From contig DF237053.1 of the NCBI GenBank assembly GCA_000708835.1, positions 62,001 through 126,000 on the forward strand: a stretch of DNA of 64,000 bases. The letters run 5' to 3'. Source of the stretch: Klebsormidium nitens (lineage: Eukaryota; Plantae; Klebsormidiophyceae). The first letter of the stretch is position 1, and each line of letters opens with the position of its first letter. Below are positions 10,901 to 24,600 of the stretch, piece after piece. A model generated the notes under the pieces. That model worked only from the letters and a program-made list of their open reading frames with translations, was not told the origin of the DNA and did no database searches. The translations under genes and the position numbers were made by a program.

Positions 10901-13786
10901 TTGAGCGGCTGGCGGAGCAGCACTTGGAGCGAAAGGATGAGGTGGGTTGCTTGACTGTGTGCACGAGTCAAGGGGCTTGCGGATTTCAGAGCGTTAACAA
11001 AATCGAAAAGTTCCCTCATGTCAAAAAAATCGTCTTTTTATGCTAATTAGTCGTCTCGAATTGAAACTGTGCCTGCGGTTCCGTTTGACTGCATGATCTG
11101 TCGGGCAGATACATTGGAATCAAAAGTGACCTTTGGCGGCATAGCACCTGACAGAATGGCTTGCTAATATGTGATTCTTTGGCTGGTAAAATCGTGGGCA
11201 GCCTAAAGGTTTCGCGAGTTAGCCCTAAGATATGATTAGCACTTCTCTAAGTTCGGGCTCGTTTCTGCAGGTGTCCTCTTTAGTTACTGCCGAGTACTAT
11301 GCGCGAAAACACTTCCCCGGGTTTGGCAGGGCCTTTGTGTACAACGCCATTCTGTATAAGCGGTGAGCCCCTCCGCCTTGTGACCACTTAACTCTGTTCC
11401 TGCATCCTAATCCTACCCTTCGTTTGGGGTCTTCGTTGCTCACGGCTGATATAGAGCGGCATAGTTTCGGTCGAACCTTTTGAGCTGAGAGTTGAGGACG
11501 AAAGGCGGTCTCAAGTGGCGAGTGGAAGGGCATGGGAAGCGTCGCGAGGTACAAGCGGAAGGTCTGGCAAAGAGCAGTGAAAAACGGGAGACTGTGTTGA
11601 GAAAAGCGTTGCGCACGGTTGGGAGACGGTGCAAGCTAAGTCTGCAAACGGAATAGCCGGGGAAAGGCCAGAAAACGACCAGGAAAGTAGGTCTGGTTAG
11701 GGATGCGCAGGGACAGAGTAGAAAATGCATTTTGATGTCGCGGAAATACTCGGCCATTGCACAACCAGCATGATGCGCTAAGATGCAAAGCAGGCGAAGA
11801 CGTGCAGGCAGAAGGTTGACATTTCACGGAAAAGAGGAGATAGAGCTGGTCGGCAAAACGCTAAGGAGGGGTTGAAGCGGAGAGTGGCCAGGGTTAGCCT
11901 GGCGAACAATTAGAAGGGACGGCAGTTGGCGGCTCGGAACGCTGTTGGGGCGCTCAGGCAATATTTGAGGATTGTCTGATTGTGACTTGGAAGTCGAAAG
12001 TTGCAACAAAAGCTTTTCTTTCAGAGCCTTTTTCCCCAATTACAAGCAACGAAGAACCCAAAGACCTGACGCCTTCGATGTACGAATCCCATCTGACAAT
12101 ACCAGCGTCGAATCGCACCCACAGCTAGCAAGCGGCAAATCGTAAGGGGATGCCGAGAGGATGTGACACCGGTAACCGAAATGCTGTTTTGCAAAACCCC
12201 CTCGCCCGGAAAGCAGTCATCTTACTCGTCACGCTCAGTCGTTGCCCTTCTACGTGATTCTTGAATGTTGCGGGGGCTCTACTCTGATTACAATTGCAAG
12301 CACCGGCTGACTTCCGCTTCCGTCTGGCTTCCTGGCAGGTTAGGGCGGAAACAGGAGTCGCGGGACGCAGCGCGGATAGCGCTGAAGTGCCCCTGGTGGA
12401 CTCTGGGGGCCAGCTATGCTGTGAGTGTTCCCGTCTTTCGGGCGCGGGTTCCGTGTTGCGGTCTGATCGTTCAAGCAAAGACCCACGCTCGAACATTTGT
12501 GGATCGGCCGAGGATATTGAAAGATGCATGACAACTAGCAAAGAATTGCGTTCAGAGTTTGTCTCGCGTTTCTTTACACTTACTCGTGGTTAATCTGAGC
12601 TTTCTCGGGGGGACGGAGTTGAGACTGCTGTCGTGCGACGGACAACATCATTCTTTTCGTTTGACAAACATCATCAATTTAAGGCTCAAAGGGACAGGCT
12701 CCCCCTTGGTACTGCATAGTGCAACCATCAATTGCTTCAAGCGGACTGAATCCACGCCCAAGTTTTCCATAAGAATGGTATTACGCATAGCTCTTGAACT
12801 TTTAGGAACTGATGAAAGACACACCTCAGGGTCCAACGTGGCCACGTGGCAAGTTGATTGCTGCCCGCGTCTGCCAGATGGCCTTGAGGAAAGCTATTCC
12901 GTCGCCTTTTGCGGAGGAAAGCGGTTGAAGCTTACTCCCTACTTTGCCTCGCTTTCATCGGGCGCCTGCAAAGAGGTGCAGACACTCAACACGTTACCGA
13001 TTTCCGGGGACTGCCGGCATCATCCTGTTTTGCAGTCGCTTCTGTTTGGTCTGTCATTGCAAACATTGGCGATTTTGTTGATTCAGGAGGTGTGTGAGTT
13101 GGCGGGGTGGGGCGACGAGAAGCTGGAGTTTGTCAAGGAGAAGCTGACGTCAGAGGCGACGCAGGAGGACATCACCAAGGGCAAGTCACCGGAGCAGGTG
13201 AGGCGGGGCCGTTGACGTCAGCAAGCTTGATTGATCCGCGAAGACAGCATGCTCCACCCGTTGGCAACCTGAATCCTTGGGGAAGTCTATTTTAACAACA
13301 TTCTCGCTGCCCGGACGTTGAAAAACGCCCTGTGAACAAACTTAGGAGACCCAGAGTTCCTTCAGTTGCGCAACAGTCAAACGTTGATTCCTAATGTCCT
13401 ATCCCATGCTTCCACAAGATTTCAGATGTCAGAAACCGCACGATTTGAACGGAGATGGACTCTATATGTCACAAAAAGTGTTAAGTGGTTTGCTGTTCTC
13501 CGCTATGGTACCTGATAGCTGAATTTGGTGCTTTCCGTTGCCAGGTCGCTCTCGACGTTACTAAAGTGTAGTCTCTAATTGGTATCCTGTTCTTGAGTTT
13601 ACGCTACCTAACACTTGCTCCGGTGCTTTTCGTTGGCAGGTTGCTCTGGACCAGGCTGCATACATGATGGACATCGCCGCAGCCGAGAATAACTGGGATG
13701 ACGTTCGAGAACAGATCGCCGAGTTGTATGACAGAGGAGGCCTACCAAAGCTGGCGCACTTCTTCAGGGCTGTGGGCTCGTCTTGA
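7907..13786 (+). CDS. PAB: Protein in chloroplast ATPase biogenesis (PAB-like) with N-terminal transit peptide; exons 7907-8195, 8589-8678, 8936-9013, 9318-9360, 9858-9918, 10409-10564, 10879-10941, 11271-11362, 12339-12420, 13087-13197, 13640-13786
   Basis: Spliced product contains GVIPLVIPL, ILRWPTPPEGLEMPVV, YRTGDFAAS, VGKFPDVFERL, FPGFGRAFVY, ALKCPWWTLG, VALDQAAYMMDIA, matching the plant PAB family as recalled; all phases consistent. Confidence 0.9.
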
Positions 13787-15267
13787 GCATATGTCCAGTT
13801 GGATCTGAAAGCTCGCTTCTTGAGCGGTCGGCTTGTTGTCAATCGAGCTGACTGCGAATGACAAGCTGAAATGTTGGATGGATTCGTGGTGGCCCGATTT
13901 CGGCGGACGTGTATTCAAACACGTGTTGCTGGCTTGCGCGCAGACTGATCTTGAAAGCTCAACCAATTGGTCATTGAATATCTTCAGCTTCATGTCCAGA
14001 AACCATCCGCATCATTTCACTCTATGCTGAGAGTGTCGTTGCAGTCTACATGCCCTGCCAGATGTGCTTACTGTTTGCGGCCCCACCTTCATACGTTGTC
14101 CCATGTCCGACATTGTTTGTGCCATGTCGGATGCTTCAATCTTCAACCCATTATAATGTTTCATGCATACATTCCGCGCAATAATCCTGGCAGACTCGAT
14201 CTAGATGCATCACTGTATGAGTTCTTATTAATCGTGTGTGCGATCGTCATATCTACAAATATAGCCTGGCATGCGCCACCGGCGGCCTGCACATATGCGC
14301 TAACGTATAAGATAGCCCTCTATATAGCATGCAGCGGCAGCCTTCAATTACTCGAATATCGAGCTGACTCAAGCTCACCATGAGTTGAACTAACTTAAGC
14401 TTTCAATGTCAATTGCAATTAACGAAACCGCACATGCTGAGTGTCGAGCTATGAGCGTCCTAAGGATCGACAGCTCACATATCGGGTCCGCAATGTTTTG
14501 CTGCCTTAACCAGAGAATTTTTGCTGACTTCCAGAAAAATGGGCATATTTGCTTCTCCCATGTCCTGACAGAATGTGTGCATTCTCCCTTGCCGACTTCT
14601 TACTATCAACAGATCAGCGAATGCCAACTCTCCAGCTTTCATTATTGACGTTATGGGACATGTCAAAGTATGTACAGGTTTTCAGCAGAACGCTAGCCGG
14701 GAGGTTGATGCAACTACTTCAGCTCACAACCCGTTTTGAATAAGCAAGCGGCGGTCTGGTAGACCTAGCGTCGCAAGCTCACATGCAGATTGTTAGTCCT
14801 GCTTGCCTCACTCCTTTTTGAGTAGACGGACTGGCCACAGTTTGGCCATAAGCCGCACCGGCACAACTTTTCAATCGATACTCTGATCCAATGCTTTCCC
14901 CACAAACTTACCCCTTGAGGACACAAGAAACCCTTCCCACGTGAACGTTTGAAGCCCGCCGAGCTGCCCTTTCCAAGCAGAGACGCTGCCTCAGGGCTAA
15001 CCCCCTTCTTCCCCCCCCTCCTAAAGAATGTGCACTGTCCTTCCTTGTCGCTGCACTTCATCCTCACCAGCTTCCGACTTCCTTTTCACAACCCTCGGCT
15101 TGATGCTAAGCCGTAACCCGAAACCTCCCTCCTCCACATATCATCGCTGTTCCAACTCCTTTGCTCCACCATTTTTAGATCCGGCAAACTGTCCTCCCTT
15201 TCGCTTTTAACACGACGCAAGACCCCCCCCAAAATCCTGCCCCCCACTCACCCCCCCGAAACAGTAC

Positions 15268-17834
15268 TCAGCACTTGTCAGCAGGTTCGATCGAGCTGAC
15301 CAGGCCGTTGTTCCGCAACGCGTTGCAATACTCCTCCGCCTCTTCCTGGCCGCATGTGATGGCGCATGCCACCCCATTCACATGCGCCTCCTGTAGGGAT
15401 AAAGAGTTATCATTACGGTTGTTACTGGTCGTAGGAATGTACATTGGTTGTAAATCGGAATGTACATTGGATATTGGATATATTGATTACGACATGGCAG
15501 AGCTGGTGAGAGTCTCTCGTCCCTGTTCTAATTGAGTGCTTTCCTCGTTCCGGCAAAAGGTTAACACAAACAAGCTTCCTCGTCCTTGCAGAACTTGCAT
15601 CGAAGACGATATTCAAAATGAGCTAGTTTTCAAAATGAGCTAGTTTTCATAGTACGCCCCAATCTGCTGCCCCCCCAATAAAAACCTCAAAACGCACTAC
15701 TCTTGAGTGCCAGGCCAACTGTTGTCCCTCTTGAGCTGCTTTACACGACCTCTAAATTGGACCTGTAAGTATATGTGGACGGTCTTTGTTGGGGCGCCCT
15801 TGATTCAAATGTTTCATTTAGACGAAAGCTCCAGTGCCTATTTACCCATGTCGGGCCATGCCCTGAACGGCGAAGCAGCACCCGTGCAACTGTCAACAAA
15901 ATAGAGGACCTCAGTTCACCACTTGGATTACCTGCCAACTAGAAGTACTGTCAAAAGTTGCCTGGTTGGCGCAGACGCCAATATCATGAGCATTACTGGG
16001 ACGCAGATTTGAGGTCTTATGACAACATGAAGCAGTAGCCTCTTACCTGCATAATGTTCACCGCTATATCGACGGTCATCTCCGGAATGCACTTCATGAG
16101 CACTTGCACGACATACTCGCGCTTGTTGAAGTTGTCGTTGTGGAGCATCACCCGGTATGGGGGGGACAACTTCTTCTTTTTCACGGTACTGCAAGGAGCG
16201 GAGGTCATCAGACGGGGCCACAGTTCGAAGTCGAACTTATGATATATGTTGAAGCCCTGAGAATACATCAGAAGTGTTAAGTCAGAAGTGTTTTCAGAAT
16301 CTCCAACTGTACTCAGAGTATGGCCAATCTTCTGTGTTGCGTTAGAGGAAGGACCTTGAGATGATATAAGGCAGAGCTTGCACAAACCCTCTGTTCAACG
16401 TCACAAGCGCCTGGCATGTCTCCAAAACGGGGACCAGAAGAAGTCAATGTGTTCATGATTGAGACGGGGGTAACCAAGGTACAATCAACATTTATGGACA
16501 TTAGGACCTAGCAACAAGTTGCGAGTCCCTCTTCAGCAAGATTGACAGGATCTCAAATAGACTTAGGGGGCCAGAAGCACCTGCCCTCACAACCATACAT
16601 AGTGAAAAGTAACTGCAACTTAGTCTTCGCAGAGGCACGACAAAATCTTCAAGCTGCAATCTCCGTAAGCACTCGCTCCCAGTTAGGACCCTCTACAGAC
16701 GTCGACGGACTGACACTAGGACAGCTTCCTCACCCCAGGTCAAACTCGGACTCCCGACCGGGAGTTGGTTTTTCTACGATGACAGGTCTGTCCAGAACTC
16801 CCCCGCCTTTTCCGCCACCAACAGCTTGAATACTTGGCTGATGAACCACCGTTTGGCCGGCCCGCACGAGCCAAGGGGTCGACTTTTGCTTGCCAGAAGA
16901 ACCTGAGGTTGCAGAATGAGCCCGTTCAGACTGTGCTGTCTTGGTTGAAACTTTTCAAAACGTTCTGAAGGGGTGTTGGTGTGCCTACAAGTTTACCTTC
17001 CTGCTTGTTTGCAGAGCCTCTTTATGGATGATATAAACTTGTCCAACCTTGCTGGTATGTGCGACCAGGTTTCCAAATCCAGCTAGCACAGCGGGCAGAA
17101 GTAGGGTGACTGCAACTTTTGTACTATCTAGGAGTATTGAGCAAAGCTAAAGAGTGACTTAAACAATAAACTCAGAAGGACCACCATCGGATATTCTGCA
17201 AAAACATTGGCAGTACAACGGAATCAAATGCACACGATTAAGCACCTGGAGTCAAAGTGGTCAGGTTGATTTCAAAGGAAACAGAGACAATCTTTCATGA
17301 CCTCTACAATCCACGCAGAGGCTCAACAAGAAACCAACTGAGCCCTGCTCAGCAAAATGCGCAAGGCATGTCTCTATGTTTACAACTCCCGATCAGCGTA
17401 CAAGAACTGCCAGCATTTCAGGAAAAGTACGTCGCAGACAGCGCCCTGCTTGTTGCATGCTTCACAAAATACACAAACATTGCTAGACACAGCGTCGAGG
17501 CAGAGATGGCCCGAAACTTACGCTCATAAGCCCCATTAAAGAACAGCAGTTTTACAACTTAGGGCCAAGATCTTGGGTCTCCAGAGAGGCACAAGAACAA
17601 TCAGGCACAAGAACAACCTCCTTCATTCGCTCGTCAGATCGCACACAGAAGCTGACCTATTAACTCACCTTTTTGTGATAGTCGCCTTTGTGGTGCCCAA
17701 GGAGGCATACCAGGACTCTGCCCGCTCGTGCTACAATTTCTGGAGTCCCTGGGGTTGCTTGCGGACGCATCCGTCATTCCTACCAGCATCGACGACGACC
17801 CCAGAACAGAGCTGCTCGCAGATCTGCTCGCCAT
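15268..17834 (-). CDS. CLPS1: Plastid ATP-dependent Clp protease adaptor ClpS1-like; exons 17834-17669, 16902-16734, 16188-16047, 15390-15268
   Basis: GGGVLDRP...PGRESEFDL and PPYRVMLHNDNFNKREYVVQVLMKCIPEMTVDIAVNIMQEAHVNG...LRNNGLVSSIEP; Ser-rich N-terminal transit peptide. The first exon is the least certain. Confidence 0.93.
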
Positions 17835-18227
17835 TGCAAACCGGCCAACTTTCGAAGCACTCTGCACCCTCCTTAAATGAGTTTTCTGATCAACAGAACT
17901 TGAAAAGAAGCGAGGCTACAGAAGACAAGTCTGCACGACCCAGCACGGCCAAAGTACTGGCGCCGTTCAAATAACCAACACAGCGTTCTGATTCAACCAC
18001 GTTTAAGTTCAACAAGGGCGACAACCTTGGGAGGACGATTCTAGCTCCTGCAGGGAAGCCTGACGGAACTAGATTGAGAGAAAACTCTTTGGGAACTTGC
18101 CGGTTTCGTTGGCAACCGAGCTGCCGTCCGACAGACTGGTAATGGTATCCCAGCGTTCGATTTTCAACTCCCGTCAGATTAGGCAAGTGTTACCAGGCAG
18201 ATCGCAAGTCGAGTGGTCCGATCGAGG

Positions 18228-18255
18228 TTTTAGGGTTCGGAAAATTCTAGGGTTT
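18228..18255. promoter_or_regulatory. Telo-box-like elements in the divergent ClpS/POLK intergenic region
   Basis: TTTTAGGGTT at 18228-18237 and TCTAGGGTTT (AAACCCTAGA on the minus strand) at 18246-18255; telo-boxes are known plant promoter elements. Confidence 0.45.
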
Positions 18256-18644
18256 GATCAGGTTTGATGTCAAATTAATGGCTTCCTTTCTCTCCAGGCT
18301 TGCTCCCGGCCACTTCACCAAGTCCCTTTGAAGTGGTGTAGGGACAATTTTGCCATGGCGCTCATCGCTGAGCGCAGCGGATTGTCTGGCAGTGGAAGAC
18401 AAGGCAAAGTCAAAGGATCGGGCTACAGGATGCAGATTAGGGTGCACTTTTCTGTAGTATCTTCCGGTGGGGGGCTATCAACCTGATTCCCTCCTCTTAT
18501 GCATGCTGCAATCACGCAGCTGCCTTTGCTGTGGTGGGACGATGACAAGCTGGGCATCGCTTTTCTGTAAGTGACGAAGGGTTGAGAGGCTTTTTGGCGT
18601 TTCTTAGAAAGCCCCGTGAAGAGTTTTGAACTAGAAGGGGTGCA

Positions 18645-21600
18645 ATGGCAACCTCTGGTGGTGGCAATCTGCAAGTCGAGGCACTGGGTGAGCCGCAAAT
18701 GGCGGCTGCACCAGCGCCGCAGAGTGCCTGGGCAGACTACGAAACTGTCTTCACAAACGCGAAAGCGGGTGAGTCCTTCCCACCAAGGATAGTTGAGCGC
18801 TTTCGGTGGCATTCAATGATTTGAAAAGCCAATTGTAATGCTGCTCTTCTGTAGGACAAGCACTAATTGTTGATATCATGAATGTTTTCTGAGCATAGGC
18901 TATACAGTGCAGTGCGTAAACGTGGAGAAGGTGAAAGTGAGACCAATTGTAAGGAAAGGCAAGGGATTGCTTAAGGAAGGCTGAAGCGTTGAATTTGATC
19001 ATGATATTAAGAGGAAGTGGATCTTGAAGACTCCTTCCGCCAGAGGTGCGCTTGATTTCGAGGACAAAAGTCAAAAAGATGCTCATTAGAGTCGTCGGTG
19101 TGGAGATTGAGTTGGGATAGTTCCTCTAGAAGAACATGTGAACTTGCCAAAATTAACTGGGGAACACTTTTTATCGAAGGCCAGAACTGTCCGCTGTCCC
19201 CATCCGTATAAAGCACCAAAGGCGGGCATGCAGGGAGAGGTCACACAAGAGCAAAGATTTTTGCGCTTCGCTGTAGACACAGTAAGGGCAACTTCACATG
19301 AACCGTCCAGAATACTGGGGAGTGTATGTCAAGATCTGAACATACGGGAGTGGTCTTCACTTGCTCGACATCAAGTTTTGCTGAGTTACTGTAACTTTTG
19401 GCATGCGATATAAGGCATTGAGTAGCATCACTAAAGCAGATTCTACAGATGTGACCATGAACAGAACACTTGCAAAAACATGCTGCCGTGGGGCATAGAT
19501 CAAAGTCTGAAGAATTTTGGCAAGACTTTTTAAAACACATTTTGCAGGCATGGACGGGGTTGACAAGGACAAGGTCAAGCAGGTCGTCTACGAGATGAGC
19601 AAGGGGTCCCGCTTCTTTGAGAACGAGACGCGCAAGGAGAATGCCACCAAGGAGCGAGTGGAGCGGTTGAAGGAGAAGGCCGCCAAGATTACTCCTGAGG
19701 AAAGGGCAGGCTTTCAGAAGGTGAGAAAGACTTGTGAATTGGTTGATGCGTGACCATTTTTCTGGTGGCATTCTTCTTCTTTCGTTCTTTCTTGGAAATT
19801 GTGATTGATGCCGAAATATCTGAGTCGAAAAGCCCGTTAATGTCATCGTGGATGTTGTGTACATATCTGTGACACAATAAGGTTCCCTCTCCTCTGTTAG
19901 GTCGCCTGTCATTCTCACCAGTCACCTTAACCATGTTTTGATTGTCCAACGCGCCGTTTCCCTCAGTTGTGGCACTTTGCTCAGTTGTGGCACTTTGCAT
20001 AGCAATCGTCTAATTTTACATCTTGAAATCTTTCCAAGAAGACATAGACAAACTGCGATCCATCAGTAAGTCGTCAACTGAGATCTTAACATGTAGTTAT
20101 TAAGCTGATAATTCGACATCCAGTATCTCTTCCCATCGTTTCAGGCTGCCGACAAGAAGGTGGTCGAGCTCGAGTCTACAAGAGACCTCTCGAGAACCTG
20201 GATGCATGTCGACATGGATGCATTCTACGCTTCAGTGGAAGAGTTGCACGACCCAAGCCTTGCCGACAAACCGATGGCTGTCGGAGGCATGGGCATGATC
20301 TGCACAGCCAACTATGAGGTCAGCACTTTGTGAATTAAGCACGTTCGAATGAGAGTTCTACGAATCCAGATTATTGGTCAGGCTCGAGTTGAGGGCACTT
20401 TCTTGGCAGGAGGGCTATCAAGCAGAACACAGCGTTTTGATCCCTCCATGTTCGTTCACAACCCAAGGTCTTCACGTACGTCGGTTGGTATTTCACACTG
20501 CAAGCATGGTCACGTCGAGAGAAAGGTATATTAGTTGGTCGAAGACATGAGAATCCCCATTTCAAAACACCCTCCATCAAGCTGACGCCTGCGGCAAACT
20601 CCCTTTGCCCCATGCGATTCACCGTCGAATCATGTGTGCTTCATTCACTTCTGCCCGAGCTTTCCAGGGGGAGTTCGGTAAGGCAATCCTAGGACTACCA
20701 AGGTCATCAGAACAGAGAAAGAAATGAGGCGCAACTGCTCGTTGCAGGCCCGCAAGTATGGGGTGCGCGCAGCTATGCCGGGCTTCATAGGGAAGCGCCT
20801 CTGCCCCCAGCTCGTCTTTGCCAAGCCGGACTTCCAGAAGTACACGGCGGCCAGCAAGGAAGTACAAGAAGGTAGGCAAGTTTGTACCTGCTGCCGCTGT
20901 TTGCGACATTGTCGAAGTGGGCACGTCCTTTTCAGATTGCACGATTCTGCGACCTTAATTAAAAGGCCGGCCAAAGTCTTGACCGTTGGTGTTTGACCAT
21001 TCGATGATTTTTCGTGACTTCGTCAACAAGCAACGTCCGCTGTGAATGGATCCTTCCGATTCACTTTGCCTTGTTTTCTTTTGGCCGAACGCTGACAATG
21101 AACAATTCGTTGTTGTAGCTGAGTCCTGCTGACCTGTGAGAATCTGTGCGACGTCACGAGCGCATCTGAATTGGAACTGACCTCGAATGTGACTGATGCT
21201 GCCGTCTTGCAGTGCTCCGCGAATACGACCCAAACTTCATCGTGCGGAGCTTGGATGAGGCATACCTGGACCTGACGCAAGTGTGCCTCGAGAGGAACAT
21301 GACGTCAGCGGAGGTGAGCAAGATGCGCAGGGTGGCGATTGGCGATGGGGCCAGACGAATTCAAGCGACGCAGGGTCGTCTGCAGCAAGTTATATTCCGA
21401 GCTAGATGATGGTGAATGCTTCGATGCCTGTTTTGATTTTAGCAGCAGCCGAACAGCACCGACGTTTCGATGGACATGTGCAAAAGTCTTTTGGAACTTC
21501 GAGGCAATTTCCCATTCAAGCGCACACGGGAGGTAGATCAGACAGGTTTGTTGGCAAGCTCTCCATTGAATTCATTCTACGACTGCCACGTTCCAGCATA

Positions 21601-24600
21601 TCTGAGCGGCATTCATCCGACACGCTTGCGAGCGTCACTTGACCCGCAAGACGCTGCAAGACTCAGAAAGGTCTTCCCTTAGAACCTTTCCAGCCAGCCC
21701 GCCGCCGTTTGGACCGACGCCCACCATGAGTTTTGATTGAATGGTCACGATTCTCGCTGCTCAAATCCTGGCTGAACGCTCAGTTGCCACGTGGCAGATT
21801 GCGGAGGAGCTGCGGACCAAGGTCCATCGGAAGACGCGCCTGACATGCAGCGCGGGCGTGGCACCTAACAGGCTGCTGGCCAAGGTGAGCCGTCCGATCT
21901 GACCTGTTCTGCCGTCGAACGTTTTTGCTTTTGAATCGTGAAACCTCTGAAAACCCTGTGCCGACCCTGTCAATGTTCCTCGAGAGAGATTCAGCGGAGA
22001 CAACAAAAAGCCTCGACTGACATTCCAAAAAATAAGCGAAGATAAACCTGGCTCGGCCTAAATCCCCAGCGAAATTTACTATCCAGTGCGGTAAACCAAT
22101 TAGCAATTCAGCATTCTATCAAGTTCCTTGAGAGTTGATCATCATACGCATGGTCGTTTTTCGTCCATGGACACGAAATTGCTGAAACGCATCTTTGGCG
22201 TCGGCGCTTGATGTGCCGCACCGAGCTCTTTTCTGTGTTTCGCTGTCCTTTGATCCGTCGCTCAGCTTGTGTTGCACCGTGAAGCATCACATTGTTAATC
22301 TCGTCGCTTTGTTTCTGGTGCTCACCTGAGCTTAGAAGTTGCCCTGTACTCCGTCCCACGTTACGGCCAGCAGGGAATCGGCTAGTATGTTTGCCGCCAA
22401 TTGCTGCCGCGGTCGAGATGACATACAGTCGCAGGAGGCTTTTGAAGAGGACGCAGGCGTCTGGGGTGACATCAATATTGACGAAGGGCTAGCTGGTCGC
22501 TAAAAAATGACATCAGCGTATGACCAAGTGTTACTGTTTTGAAAACCAGATACAGCCATCTCGAGTCCGCTGTTGCTGCCTTTCTTTGTCGTATTGCCAC
22601 GCCCCCTTAGACAACGGAAGGGGTGCACATCACTTCCCGGTTGATACAGACCGGTAGACTTTCATCTCGCACTCGAACAAGATTCTTATAATCCGCTGGA
22701 ATTGTTCAGCCCGCGGTTCTCTCGTCCAATCTACTTCTCTCATAGCCTCGTCCTCAACTTCCTCTGCTCGTATCCTAGGTGTGCTCCGACATCAACAAGC
22801 CCAACGGCCAGTTTGTGCTGCCGAATGAGCGGGCCGCTGTCATGTCATTCATCACCTCGCTCCCAACTCGAAAGGTAAGTTGCTATTTTCCGAGTGACCT
22901 CTGTTGTTGAGATTCGTTGAAGTAGGAGGGAGACACCTGGCGCTGGCCCCTGGAACCTGCCGAAAAGGCGCCCTTATCTCACCTACTGCGAAGTCCCTTT
23001 CGGGAATGGTCGGAACTCTGATCTGCGAATGTTAAAAGGCGCCTAACATCTGCTGCCGGCACCAAACGGAGCCTTGGATGTAGGTAGATCAGAGCGAAAA
23101 ATTTCACGGTTCACGGTTGGAGGCTAACACGTGTCTCCCCTCAGGTTACTGGGATCGGCAAGGTGGCAGAGCGGGTTTTGCGGGAGGTCCTGGGGATCAC
23201 CAAGTGCGGGGAGCTGCTCGAGCGGCGGGCCATGATCTTCGCTCTCTTCTCGAACATTGCCTTTGGTCAGTCCCGCCTCCTGCTTCTGATTCTTTCAAGC
23301 ATCGAGGCACTCTCCGACCCTGTCCCCATGCATCCGCTCACAAGGAAATTAAATCCGCAAATCAAGTCAAGCTCTTATTCAAACAAATTCAAAGCTGGGG
23401 TTGTTTTGGTCTGTCTAGCAACGCTTGACTTTCCTTTCGCTTGTCTTTCACATCCCGTTGCCCTCGTCTCTTCAAACAGAATCCCCTCCTTGTCGTTCTT
23501 GCGTTTCGTTTTTATATCTTTAACCTCGCTTTCTCAGAGTACTCGTGGCGGTGAGCTTAGGCATCGCGGTTAGGCATCGCGGCTCGTCATTGCACTTCTG
23601 GTCGCGATTACATCAACCTTCATACCTGAAGATTCTGCTTTCTTGTGTTTGTGCTCAACATGTTTGTTGTTCGCCTGCGCAGACTACTACATGGCGGTTG
23701 GACTCGGCATTGGCGGCTCGGAGGCGCCCAAAGAGGAGCACCGCAAGAGCCTCAGCACAGAACGCACGTTCAACACCATCAGCAGGGACGCGGACCTCAT
23801 CAACAAGCTGCGTAAGTGCGTGTCCGCTTCCGGTCCGTAGTCGGTCGGTATTCTTGCACGTTGCGTCGAACCCTGTCCCTAAAACGGTTCAGATCTCGGG
23901 GCTTAGCCACGCTGTCGACCGACAATCAGCAACTCGCTCGGCTGGAGATGCACGATAGCATAAGACACATTGTTCGACCGGACTTGTGATAGCAAGGCAT
24001 TTACATGAGCTGCCAGTACTGACGTGAAACTTATACTGAAAGGGCACTCTGGGGTTTTTAGGGGATTGACGGGCACAGGAAGTGACTTGTTATCTCCGAC
24101 GTCCTTGACGTGAGACAAGCTGAGTATTGTTCCTTAAATTTTCCTTGTCCAAAAGACGGTTCAGTCAATCAAAACATCGCACTTGTGACATGTTTGGTAT
24201 CGACTGTTTCGGCCAGCAAAGCTGGCGGATTTGATGTAGAATGTGCAAGGTTCTGACTTGCATTGATTCTGGGTTCGAAGTTGGTTTAGGGTCTCGGGAT
24301 CCGTCGTCGGTTTGACCTCTAAGCGCGCCAACCTGTCCACCTTGCGAACACGTTCAAAGGAAAGCCGTTTTGACGTGACGCTTTACTCATTGAATCCATA
24401 CCCTAGAGCCCTACAATATCAATTACAGTTTCAACCAAAGCCGTTGTTGATTGAAACGTCGCTTTTTGCAGACGAGATTGCGGCATCGCTTGCGGGCGAC
24501 ATGGCCCGGGAAGGCCTGCATGCCAAGACGCTCACGCTCAAGCTCAAGACGTCGCGCTTTGAGGTGCGTTACACGTTTTACTGAAGCTGGAACTCTTGAG

